A stretch of DNA of 64,000 nt. Origin: Saprospiraceae bacterium (GTDB taxonomy: Bacteria > Bacteroidota > Bacteroidia > Chitinophagales > Saprospiraceae). A model generated the notes under the pieces. It did not search any database, was not told where the DNA came from, and was given only the letters and a program-made list of their open reading frames with translations. The position numbers and the translations under genes are program-made. The stretch covers positions 2,431-66,430 of the forward strand of contig JANQHF010000043.1 of the NCBI GenBank assembly GCA_028282725.1, read 5' to 3'. Positions 28,264 to 36,538 of the stretch are shown here, one piece after another; positions within the stretch are counted from its first letter, which is position 1, and each line of letters opens with the position of its first letter.

Positions 28264-29068
28264 GGGAAGATTCGACTTGTAGTTGACTCATCCATCGCTG
28301 CATTTGAAGAGAAAGGGTTTTGATAGACTCGTTTTGTTCGCTTAACAACTCATTGATGCCGCCCCCCGGATCCTGCGGCTGCAGATCCATGAGTACTTTA
28401 TTCGACCACTTCGAAATAGGCGACCATACCTCGCAAATCTCGTCATAAGAAATGAAGGAAGGTATATTTCTGTCATCAGTTCTCAGCGTAATTCCTTCGA
28501 GGTCCACATTCTCTATTCCGACGATGTAGACATTGTCAACAGTTGTCAAAATATAGATTCTCTTTGAGGACAAGTTGGACTTCCAGGAGTCTCTTGGAAC
28601 CATCCTGGAAAACAAGATGTCCCCCCTGGAGATGCATCCCGAGACCCTGTCCGTGTTGCATTGAAAGGCAATTTCGACCGGATCGTTAATTAATTGTGCA
28701 GGCATGGACCATTTCGTCCAGTTCAAGTCTTTAAAATATTCCTGGCTCCTGGCCTGGGCATATGAAGAAAACTGGTGGGCCTGTATAAAAAAGATCTCCC
28801 GGGCACTGTCGTGATCCAGGGAAAATATCTCGTGATGATGCTGGCTCCCCTGACCGGTCAACAGGTAATGGGCGCTGATGCCATATACTTCGACGATTTT
28901 TTGCACCATGCACAAAGTAGCCTCCCTTCTTCCCTTTTGAATATCGTTGAAACTTTGGGGGTAGGTACCGATGGATAAGGCGAACTGACGCGCAGACCGT
29001 ACTCGGCCTTCAGTTTTCAGACAATCATATACCTCTAAGAATCTGGTTGTAATGGGGTCTTGATTCAT
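28253..29068 (-). CDS. XRE-type HTH regulator with C-terminal S24 (LexA/CI)-like domain
   Basis: N-terminal SARQFALSIGTYPQSFNDIQKGRREATLCMVQKIVEVYGISAHYLLTG is an HTH. The C-terminal WSMP...GDILFS...IYILTT...YIVGI resembles the S24 fold, but the usual catalytic Lys position is not obvious. Confidence 0.6.
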   Translation of the reverse strand: MNQDPITTRFLEVYDCLKTEGRVRSARQFALSIGTYPQSFNDIQKGRREATLCMVQKIVEVYGISAHYLLTGQGSQHHHEIFSLDHDSAREIFFIQAHQFSSYAQARSQEYFKDLNWTKWSMPAQLINDPVEIAFQCNTDRVSGCISRGDILFSRMVPRDSWKSNLSSKRIYILTTVDNVYIVGIENVDLEGITLRTDDRNIPSFISYDEICEVWSPISKWSNKVLMDLQPQDPGGGINELLSEQNESIKTLSLQMQRWMSQLQVESSLKF

Positions 29069-29146
29069 TCCAGTTTCCTCTTACACCCAAACATATATAA
29101 AAAATTCTTAATATTAAAATCTAAGAAAGTCTTACTTGCATAAAAT

Positions 29147-29494
29147 CTATTTTTTGAGAATGATTCCCAATTCTTCCCCCAAATACCGGGCAAATCTTGC
29201 AAGGTCATTAGAGATACGATCATCCCGGGTCGCCTTGTAATACGTATCGGACATTCCCTTTATGGAATAATACACCATCCGGTTGATTTCGCCTATTTCA
29301 AATTTTTGATTCCAAAGATCGATCTGCAGAGTTTCCAATTGATCTTCGTCAAAAATGGTCAAAAAGAATGCCTTCGCTCCTGATTCCTTACCATTTGACG
29401 GCGGATCATCGCTAGACCATTTAATGGACTGAGGGATATTGTTTTCATCCAGGTCTACGGTTATCTTAATATCAACAGTACGTGTCTTGCTCAT
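29147..29494 (-). CDS. gldC: gliding motility protein GldC
   Basis: 115 aa. The LDENNIPQSIKWSSDD and IDLWNQ...DTYYKATRDD pattern matches my recollection of F. johnsoniae GldC. Confidence 0.75.
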   Translation of the reverse strand: MSKTRTVDIKITVDLDENNIPQSIKWSSDDPPSNGKESGAKAFFLTIFDEDQLETLQIDLWNQKFEIGEINRMVYYSIKGMSDTYYKATRDDRISNDLARFARYLGEELGIILKK

Positions 29495-29503
29495 AATTTC
29501 GGT

Positions 29504-30295
29504 TTAATTCATGATGGCAGTTACAGTGGCTCCAAGTCGTTTTAAAATCCGCAGTACACCATGTCCACCTGCCAGGTGTCCTGCTCCAAAACTAAAAAAA
29601 GATGGACTCCTGAGATGGGCATCCCATATCCTCCTTGCCAGCAATTCATTTCTTTGCGCGATCAGCCTGGACTGGTCCTTGCCAAGGGTTGATTTACTGA
29701 GTCTGTAAAGTCTTACGATGTCTTCATTTCCGTATGCCCTGATCAGATCGTTTAATTTCTTCCTCGTGTTCGATATGTTTTTGGACATTCTGACCAGAAA
29801 TCGATAATGACCTGCAATATCCAGTGATTTCAGGATTTCTACTTGTTCATGCGGACTTTCCAGACCGGACAATTGACATTCATTCTGAACTGCATGATCC
29901 CAAATCATTTGATCAATCGGTGGACTATCCACAGCATTCATCAAGGACAATTGTAATTGTGTAATGATAAAAATAGGCCGATACATTTTTAAATAATCAA
30001 TATCAATACCGCAATACTTTATATAGATATTCCTGATTTTTTGCCACTTTTCAGGAGTAATGAAGTCAAAGACTTTCAATCCTTCTTCGAGCAACATAAA
30101 TGGACGTACAAACAAGGCAGCTTCCCTGTCCAAAGAGGATTCTGTAAATACGTGATCATATCGATTCAGATAGTCCTCTACTCTGGGCCAATGGATGGTA
30201 CATGAAGCTGTACTCAGGTGTATGGTGCCGTAGACAATGGAGGGTTTAGAATCTGATGAGGAGGTAATCTGCCAAAACAAACTTTTTTCAATCAA
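29504..30295 (-). CDS. TraB/GumN family protein
   Basis: FWQITSSSDSKPSIVYGTIHL at the N-terminus and FSFGAGHLAGGHGVLRILKRLG at the C-terminus are the characteristic TraB/GumN blocks. Confidence 0.7.
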   Translation of the reverse strand: MIEKSLFWQITSSSDSKPSIVYGTIHLSTASCTIHWPRVEDYLNRYDHVFTESSLDREAALFVRPFMLLEEGLKVFDFITPEKWQKIRNIYIKYCGIDIDYLKMYRPIFIITQLQLSLMNAVDSPPIDQMIWDHAVQNECQLSGLESPHEQVEILKSLDIAGHYRFLVRMSKNISNTRKKLNDLIRAYGNEDIVRLYRLSKSTLGKDQSRLIAQRNELLARRIWDAHLRSPSFFSFGAGHLAGGHGVLRILKRLGATVTAIMN

Positions 30296-30314
30296 GCTAA
30301 ATCCGGATAATCAA

Positions 30315-30782
30315 TTATTCATAAGGATAAGGAAGCACCTTTGATTTCTTCACTTTGGACAATGTCATCAGAGTACGTAATCTCTCCACTTCCTCAATTT
30401 GAGACAGTTTCTTGAACAACAGTTGTTCATAGGCAGGTATATCACTGCAAATGATACGCAGCAATGCATCACCATCACCTGTGATTATATAACACTCGGT
30501 TACTTCATCGATCGCCTTGATCTTCTCAACAAAATTATCGAGTGCATTTTCTTTCTGCCATGCCAGAGAAACCAGGACAAATGTGCTCACATTTAATCCC
30601 AGCTTACTACTGTCGACTTTGGCATGATAAGACTGAATGATTCCTGATTGCTCCAGCTTCTTTACACGCTCCAGAGTCGGAGCAGGAGATAGACCTATTC
30701 GCTTGGAAAGATCGAGATTCGTTATTTTACTATTTTGCTGAAGGAGCTTTATAATTTTTAAATCTATACTATCCAGTTTCAT
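30315..30782 (-). CDS. Lrp/AsnC family transcriptional regulator
   Basis: ORF extends to 30857. ATG at 30782 gives MKLDSIDLKIIKLLQQNSKITNLDLSKRIGLSPAPTLERVKKLE, an HTH_AsnC region, followed by a RAM/ASNC domain. Confidence 0.85.
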   Translation of the reverse strand: MKLDSIDLKIIKLLQQNSKITNLDLSKRIGLSPAPTLERVKKLEQSGIIQSYHAKVDSSKLGLNVSTFVLVSLAWQKENALDNFVEKIKAIDEVTECYIITGDGDALLRIICSDIPAYEQLLFKKLSQIEEVERLRTLMTLSKVKKSKVLPYPYE

Positions 30783-30915
30783 TCGACGATTGAATAATTT
30801 GTAAAATAAAATTTTTCTATTTGCAAGATTATTCCGTAATAATTTTACGACTGACAAAAATAGAGAATTTTTATTCTAAGCACAAAATATAATTTGGATT
30901 TAAATAAAGATCGAT

Positions 30916-31644
30916 TTATCGGATCAAGACGATGATCGCTCCAATGGCCGTTACGATGAGCAGAAAATATCTGTACTGCAGTTCATTGATATAGGCGACA
31001 ATCTTCATCCCCAGGAAAAATCCTAAAAAGATGAATGGTATATATTGCAGATCTGTCAATAAGGTCTGGGGCGAAATCGTTCCCCACACCCAATAATGGA
31101 AGGGAAACTTAAAGACATTGATGATGAAAAACAACCATGCCGATGTTCCAATAATTTCGTTTTTGGGGATCCTTGTAGCCAGGAAGAACATGTTTGCAAA
31201 TGCTCCGGCCAAATTTCCGATCATCGTCGTAAAGCCGGCTGCAACGCCCGCAGATCCGACGAATGCCCAATTATCAGGGAAGGTCTTTCTTCCATGGTAA
31301 TCCCACCAAAACATGATGACTACACTGATCAAAATGATTGCTCCCATCCATATCTTAAACTTTTCCTCCGGCAGATCTTTCCCCGCCAAAACCGCAATCA
31401 AAACTCCCACGACCATGGCAGGCAGGAACTTTTTCAGGTATATCCAGCGACAATGCCGTTTGTAATAGATTACTGCCAATATATCTCCGGCTATTAGTAA
31501 GGGCAGAAGGATGCCCGTCGAATCTCTCGCTCCATATGCCATTGCCACCAATACAACTGCGACAATTCCAATCCCTTTCAGACCCGCCTTGGAAGCACCT
31601 ACAAGGATGGCAGCAAAGCCTGCAAGTAAAAATTTGCCGATCAT
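30916..31644 (-). CDS. TauE/SafE family sulfite/anion exporter
   Basis: Polytopic membrane protein. ORF extends to 31749. ATG at 31644 (MIGKFLLAGFAAILVGASKAGLKGIG) removes the overlap with the upstream gene. Confidence 0.75.
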   Translation of the reverse strand: MIGKFLLAGFAAILVGASKAGLKGIGIVAVVLVAMAYGARDSTGILLPLLIAGDILAVIYYKRHCRWIYLKKFLPAMVVGVLIAVLAGKDLPEEKFKIWMGAIILISVVIMFWWDYHGRKTFPDNWAFVGSAGVAAGFTTMIGNLAGAFANMFFLATRIPKNEIIGTSAWLFFIINVFKFPFHYWVWGTISPQTLLTDLQYIPFIFLGFFLGMKIVAYINELQYRYFLLIVTAIGAIIVLIR

Positions 31645-31651
31645 GGAATAT

Positions 31652-32047
31652 TTATTTAATCCGGATGTGATACACATCCTGGCTGGTGCGTTTAATATCA
31701 TTAACCCGAAAGGCACCAGGCCCTCCATTACAATTTTCCACGAGGTCAAAAAGTGTACAAGACCCTGGCAAACCCGAAAATATCAGGGTAAAGTAATTCC
31801 TTCCCTCTTTAACCCAGGTCCACTGGGGAAAAAGAGAAATATTCTCCGCATGAACCAATTCAGACCGGTGATCAGAATGATGATCATTCAGGAAGGTGCT
31901 CGGCCAAATCCTGATGGCTTCCATACCTGTTTCCGATATAAAAAGACAATGAATGATCACCTGACCCTGTTCGACTATGATCTCCTGTTCGACCTGCTCG
32001 ACATCTTGTGGATCAAGTACCTTGGGTGATTCTGACTCCATGGACAT
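31652..32047 (-). CDS. hypothetical protein
   Basis: About 131 aa with balanced composition (…IRIWPSTFLNDHHSDHRSELVHAENISLFPQWTWVKEGRNYFTLIFSGLP…). It lies 7 nt upstream of the TauE gene. The opposite-strand 172-aa ORF is R/P/K-rich and runs across the TauE N-terminus. Confidence 0.5.
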   Translation of the reverse strand: MSMESESPKVLDPQDVEQVEQEIIVEQGQVIIHCLFISETGMEAIRIWPSTFLNDHHSDHRSELVHAENISLFPQWTWVKEGRNYFTLIFSGLPGSCTLFDLVENCNGGPGAFRVNDIKRTSQDVYHIRIK

Positions 32048-32078
32048 AGTGTACAAACATCCACATTGAGCACTAAAG

Positions 32079-32090
32079 CAACAATTGTTG
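32079..32090. promoter_or_regulatory. perfect 12-bp palindrome CAACAATTGTTG in a divergent intergenic region
   Basis: Read directly at 32079..32090. It is flanked by the outer inverted repeat gtacaa (32051-56) / ttgtac (32088-93). It lies between the 131-aa gene and the 66-aa ORF promoter. Confidence 0.35.
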
Positions 32091-32165
32091 TACTTAAATC
32101 GAGACCGTAAAATGTCTTTTCTCTTGAAAATGAAGGGATTGGAAGACAGATTTGCTCCTCAAAAG

Positions 32166-32198
32166 TTGGCATTAGTGGCAAAATTTTATATATTTTTG
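32166..32198 (+). promoter_or_regulatory. Bacteroidota-type promoter (-33 TTG / -7 TAnnTTTG) for the small ORF
   Basis: TTG at 32166-68 and TATTTTTG at 32191-98, with a 22-nt spacer. The ATG at 32282 lies about 78 nt downstream of the predicted TSS. Confidence 0.45.
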
Positions 32199-32281
32199 CA
32201 AGCCGATTAAGAGGGTAACACGAAATGTTTTTTGGAAATCGGGTCAATCAGGGCAATTATTTTTTATCATAAAAGGAAATT

Positions 32282-32482
32282 ATGCGACGAAAAAAATTTG
32301 AAATGGGTGTAGGTAAGTATTACTTCAATGTTCTATCCGGCCCACAAACAGTAACCATCCACCGAATTGAAAAAGAAAAGGCGATCAATACGTATCAAAC
32401 GTATGTCAAACTAGGAAAAAACTGTGAGTGGCTTGGTAAGTGGAATGGCAAAACATTTGATGAGTCTACCGAACCGGTATAA
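32282..32482 (+). CDS. small hypothetical protein (66 aa)
   Basis: ATG-initiated ORF bracketed by its own promoter-like motif and a strong terminator. MRRKKFEMGVGKYYFNVLSGPQTVTIHRIEKEKAINTYQTYVKLGKNCEWLGKWNGKTFDESTEPV. Confidence 0.45.
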   Translation: MRRKKFEMGVGKYYFNVLSGPQTVTIHRIEKEKAINTYQTYVKLGKNCEWLGKWNGKTFDESTEPV

Positions 32483-32502
32483 ATTTTTTTGATCTTATAA
32501 AG

Positions 32503-32536
32503 ACGCCGTCAATATCTGTTGATGGCGTTTTTTTTT
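32503..32536 (+). terminator. rho-independent terminator
   Basis: A 10-bp stem, acgccgtcaa (32503-12) with ttgatggcgt (32519-28), has one G-U pair and a 6-nt loop, followed by T8. Confidence 0.8.
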
Positions 32537-32575
32537 GAACTCATTCTTATTCCAACCATTATAACCCGGCTTGCA

Positions 32576-33871
32576 GTGAACAATCCGCCACGTCAACTGA
32601 GTCACGAACTCAAATATGCTCTGGATCAATTGGAGCATTCGGATCGTCATGTATTTATTTCCGGAAGAGCAGGCACCGGCAAGTCTACCCTACTGCAATT
32701 ATTCCGGTCCACCAGCCGAAAGCGTATCGCCGTTGTCGCACCGACGGGTGTTGCGGCCCTGAATGTCAAGGGACAGACCATCCACTCCTTTTTTAGATTC
32801 CCACCAAGGCTCTTGACCCCGGACAGTATTCGACGACTAAAAAATCGAAGACTTTACAAGAATTTGGAGATCCTGATCATTGATGAGATTTCAATGGTAC
32901 GGACCGACCTCTTTGAGAATATCGATGCCTTTCTCAGGATCAACAGGAACAGCCCAAAGCCCTTCGGCGGCGTCCGGATCATTTTATTTGGTGACCTCTT
33001 TCAACTACCTCCTGTGGTTGCCGGTGAATTCGAACAAAGATATTTGCAGGAGCGTTATAAGACTCCCTATTTTTTTTCCTCCAGGGCCTACAAGTCAATT
33101 ATGCGGGAAATGGAAACGATAGAATTGAGCACTGTTTATCGACAGAGTGAACGCCATTTTATCAATCTTCTCGATCGGATCAGATCCAAGTCATTTGAAT
33201 GGGACGATCTTGAAGACCTGAACAATCGGGTTGTACGGGAAGAAGATATCCAGGAAGGCAGCGTTACCCTAACTACCCGGAATGACACGGCTCACTCCAT
33301 AAACCATCGCAAACTGCAGGAGTTGGAATCCGAATCCATAGCCTTTCACGCAGTGATCCGGGGACATTTTGACTCAAAGGTATATCCCACAGATGCGTCG
33401 CTGAACTTAAAAGAAGGTGCACAGGTCATGACGCTCAAAAATGATCCGCAACGAAGGTTTGTAAACGGATCTATAGGTCAGATCGTAGAGTTGGATGTAG
33501 ACAGGATTGTCATTTCAATCTGGGATGAATACGAAGATTATAAATCCGTAGAATTGGAAAAGGAAACATGGGATATGATCAAATATGAATGGGATCCTGG
33601 TAAAAAGGCTATCGAGGCCAAGGTCATAGGTTCCTTCGAACAATACCCGCTCAAGTTGGCCTGGGCCATAACTATTCACAAAAGCCAGGGTAAGACATTT
33701 GAAAAGGTTTTCATTGATATGAGCGGTGGTGCATTCGAATTCGGTCAGACCTACGTCGCACTGAGCCGATGTAAAACATTGAACGGTGTTCAACTAAGAC
33801 AACCATTGCAACCAGGGGACATCATGGTCGATGAGCGCATCATAGAGTTTTACAATTACTGGAATCGGTAG
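32576..33871 (+). CDS. Pif1/RecD-like SF1B DNA helicase (bacterial Pif1 type)
   Basis: Walker A is ISGRAGTGKST and Walker B is ILIIDEISMV. FGDLFQLPPV and the C-terminal AITIHKSQG / YVALSRC motifs are present. The ORF-track start 32519 lies inside the preceding terminator hairpin, so the GTG at 32576 (VNNPPRQLSHELKYALDQL) is the likely start. Confidence 0.8.
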   Translation: MNNPPRQLSHELKYALDQLEHSDRHVFISGRAGTGKSTLLQLFRSTSRKRIAVVAPTGVAALNVKGQTIHSFFRFPPRLLTPDSIRRLKNRRLYKNLEILIIDEISMVRTDLFENIDAFLRINRNSPKPFGGVRIILFGDLFQLPPVVAGEFEQRYLQERYKTPYFFSSRAYKSIMREMETIELSTVYRQSERHFINLLDRIRSKSFEWDDLEDLNNRVVREEDIQEGSVTLTTRNDTAHSINHRKLQELESESIAFHAVIRGHFDSKVYPTDASLNLKEGAQVMTLKNDPQRRFVNGSIGQIVELDVDRIVISIWDEYEDYKSVELEKETWDMIKYEWDPGKKAIEAKVIGSFEQYPLKLAWAITIHKSQGKTFEKVFIDMSGGAFEFGQTYVALSRCKTLNGVQLRQPLQPGDIMVDERIIEFYNYWNR

Positions 33872-33918
33872 GATAAAATCTTCATCCTTTTTATATTCGA
33901 AGTGATTAATCAACTGCT

Positions 33919-34053
33919 ATGGTTAAGAAAAGAAGAAAAAGACAACTTGAAAGACGAAACAAGAAGGAGGCCCGGAAGTTAATATTGATCGGAATAATCA
34001 TGACCCTCATTTTCATCATTCTGGCTTATCTGGCATTCATGAGCACTCAATAA
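33919..34053 (+). CDS. possible small tail-anchored membrane protein (44 aa)
   Basis: This ORF is not in the supplied track because it is short. It reads MVKKRRKRQLERRNKKEARKLILIGIIMTLIFIILAYLAFMSTQ: a basic N-terminus plus one TM helix. Confidence 0.3.
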   Translation: MVKKRRKRQLERRNKKEARKLILIGIIMTLIFIILAYLAFMSTQ

Positions 34054-34163
34054 AGAAAGGATCTCACACTTTTGTGAAATCCTTTTGTAACCTTTTTTCG
34101 ATTTTTGATGAAAACGTATGAAATAAAAAGCAAGTTTCATGCCAATTCAAGTATCCCCTTGTT

Positions 34164-34748
34164 ATGAAGTTAAATTTGGATCTGAAATCTGAAAGTAAAC
34201 CCGAGTGGTTGTCAGCAGTCATGGAGAGCTTTGACGATTTTCTCCAGGACCATGCTGATTGTGAGCGCAAGGCATCAGCCATGGCCATGAGTTTTGTGGC
34301 CAAATACCCTGACCGGGTTGAAATCATTCCAGAGCTTATCGAAACCGGTATCGAAGAATTAGAGCATTTTCAGAAGGTATATGAATTGATGCAAAGCCGA
34401 GGAGTCCGTCTTAAACCTTCTATGGGAGAAGATATTTATGTATCGCGTTTGATTAAGCAGTGTCATTCAGGACGCAATGAAAGATTCATGGACAGGCTGC
34501 TGATCGCCTCGGCATTGGAAACCAGGGGCGCTGAAAGATTCAGGTTAATTGCCAATGCCCTTCCGGAAGGTGAAATGAAGAAATTCTATAAAATGCTCTG
34601 GACTTCAGAGGCCAAACATGGACACATTTTTGTTAAGATGGCGTTGAATTATTTCCCGGAAAAGCAGGTATACGAACGGCTTGATTGGTGGATGGATCGG
34701 GAAGCTGAATCATTGGAAAGTCTTGAGATCCGATCAGCCTTACATTGA
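34164..34748 (+). CDS. miaE: tRNA-(ms2io6A)-hydroxylase MiaE (ferritin-like di-iron)
   Basis: PEWLSAVMESFDDFLQDHADCERKASAMAMSFVAKYP and EELEHF ... EAKHGHIF match the MiaE di-iron ExxH motifs. Confidence 0.8.
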   Translation: MKLNLDLKSESKPEWLSAVMESFDDFLQDHADCERKASAMAMSFVAKYPDRVEIIPELIETGIEELEHFQKVYELMQSRGVRLKPSMGEDIYVSRLIKQCHSGRNERFMDRLLIASALETRGAERFRLIANALPEGEMKKFYKMLWTSEAKHGHIFVKMALNYFPEKQVYERLDWWMDREAESLESLEIRSALH

Positions 34749-34863
34749 GATAGCTGCCATCTCCCGGGTAATCGAATATCAGTCATCAGACATTTACAGT
34801 AATAATCCCCATATGCAAGAAGAAAAAGCTAAATTGTATGATCCATAACTGTAATCGAGAATC

Positions 34864-35766
34864 ATGAAACATTATACACTTGTGTTATTGGCATGTATAT
34901 TACTTTGTGCCTGTACCCAGAAAAAGGAGAATTCTGCCGAGGTCCGGGCATCCGTTCCTGCTCAATCCGAACAAGTCCAACAGGATTACACCAGCGAATT
35001 TGGAGTCCAGGCTTATTCTTTCCGAAACTATTTTCCCAAAGACATGTTGGGCACCCTTGACAAGATCCAGGAGATGGGAATTACCAAAATAGAAGGAGAT
35101 GGAGGAAGAATTCCTCCTGAAGAATTCAGAAGGCTTTGCGCAGAACGCGCTATCACCATACCCTCTACCGGCGCGGGATTCCAGGAACTAAAGGATGACC
35201 CGATGGCCATCGTCGATAAGGCGAAAAAATTAGGAGCCAACTATGTGATGTGTGCATGGATCCCTCACGAGGAACGTGGGAATTTTACCAAAGAAGATGC
35301 GGACAATGGTATAGCAGTGTTCAACTCTGCTGGAAAAATACTTGCCGAGAACGGAATCACCCTGGCTTATCATCCTCATGGATATGAATTTCAGCCCTAT
35401 GAAGATGGCACTTTATTGGACTATATCATTAGCAATTCTAACGAAGAGCATGTGGCCTTTGAAATGGACATAATGTGGATTCATTTCGGAGGTGGAGATC
35501 CTGTTGCACTCCTCAACAAATATCCCACTCGCTGGAAAATGATGCACTTGAAAGACTTAAAAAAAGGTACACCAAAGGATCTCACCGGGGGCACAGATGT
35601 CGAGAATAACGTTGTCCTGGGAACAGGTGAATTGAATATGCCGGAAATCCTGAGTACGGGTAAAAAAGTGGGTGTCGAACATTTTTTCATCGAAGATGAA
35701 AGCAGTGTGGTTATGACCCAGGTTCCGGAAAGCATTGCCTATCTTAAAAGTTTGAAGACTCAATAA
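34864..35766 (+). CDS. sugar phosphate isomerase/epimerase (xylose isomerase-like TIM barrel), lipoprotein
   Basis: Lipobox LLACILLCAC. YHPHGYEF, EMDIMW, HLKD and IEDE blocks are typical of the AP_endonuc_2 / xylose isomerase-like fold. Confidence 0.75.
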   Translation: MKHYTLVLLACILLCACTQKKENSAEVRASVPAQSEQVQQDYTSEFGVQAYSFRNYFPKDMLGTLDKIQEMGITKIEGDGGRIPPEEFRRLCAERAITIPSTGAGFQELKDDPMAIVDKAKKLGANYVMCAWIPHEERGNFTKEDADNGIAVFNSAGKILAENGITLAYHPHGYEFQPYEDGTLLDYIISNSNEEHVAFEMDIMWIHFGGGDPVALLNKYPTRWKMMHLKDLKKGTPKDLTGGTDVENNVVLGTGELNMPEILSTGKKVGVEHFFIEDESSVVMTQVPESIAYLKSLKTQ

Positions 35767-35778
35767 ATCACAGTTGAT

Positions 35779-36522
35779 ATGACTGACTTAAAGACAATTC
35801 TTGGCTTATTCTTTTTTACCCTTGGAGCTACTATGATAGCTCAACAGACATTCGCACAATCGGGTAATGCCCTGACCGGAGCCTGGAAAAGCAGTGGTAC
35901 TGATGATGCCGGAAATAGATACGCCATAACCACGATCATCACAGATGGCTATTTCAGCACCACCAAGTACAGCATGCTCAATCAAAAATTCTATGGTACT
36001 TCAGGCGGTCAAATCGAAATTCAGGGAAACAGAATGACCAAGACCTATGAATATGATACCGAAAATAAATCCAGGGTCGGGACATCAGAATCCACAGAAT
36101 TCGCTTTGGATAGAAAATCTCTTTCATTGAGTGCTGACGGTAGTAAATGGAACAAATTTGATGATCAGAACATGCGGGCATTTTCAGGTGCTTACTTAAT
36201 AACCGGAAGAAAGCGGGACGGACAAATCCGTACGCGAACCCCAGGTGCAAGAAAGACCATGAAGATACTTGCAGGTCCGTACTTTCAATGGATCGCGTAT
36301 AATTCGGAAACCGGTGATTTCTTCGGAACCGGTGGCGGCACCTATACAACGGTCAATGGAAAGTACACAGAGCAGATTGAATTCTTCTCAAGGGATCCCT
36401 CCCGTATCGGTGCCATCCTGGAATTCGATTTTGAAATCGAGGATGGCGACTGGCACCACAGTGGCTTAAGCAGCAAGGGAAACCCTATCTATGAAATCTG
36501 GACCTTACGATCAAAGTTATGA
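35779..36522 (+). CDS. hypothetical secreted protein
   Basis: Signal peptide LGLFFFTLGATMIAQQTFAQ. 247 aa. It starts 12 nt after the TIM-barrel gene. Confidence 0.55.
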   Translation: MTDLKTILGLFFFTLGATMIAQQTFAQSGNALTGAWKSSGTDDAGNRYAITTIITDGYFSTTKYSMLNQKFYGTSGGQIEIQGNRMTKTYEYDTENKSRVGTSESTEFALDRKSLSLSADGSKWNKFDDQNMRAFSGAYLITGRKRDGQIRTRTPGARKTMKILAGPYFQWIAYNSETGDFFGTGGGTYTTVNGKYTEQIEFFSRDPSRIGAILEFDFEIEDGDWHHSGLSSKGNPIYEIWTLRSKL

Positions 36523-36538
36523 TGAGCAATAACATACG

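Noticed and set aside
32519-33871. The Pif1-type helicase considered as part of a mobile element or defence module, and the ORF-track start at 32519.
   Set aside because: No transposase, integrase, nuclease or methylase partners and no terminal repeats are present. Stand-alone Pif1 helicases of about 430 aa are known in Bacteroidota. The 32519/32522 start lies inside the upstream terminator hairpin and adds a hydrophobic, non-conserved-looking leader, so a later start at GTG 32576 is preferred.
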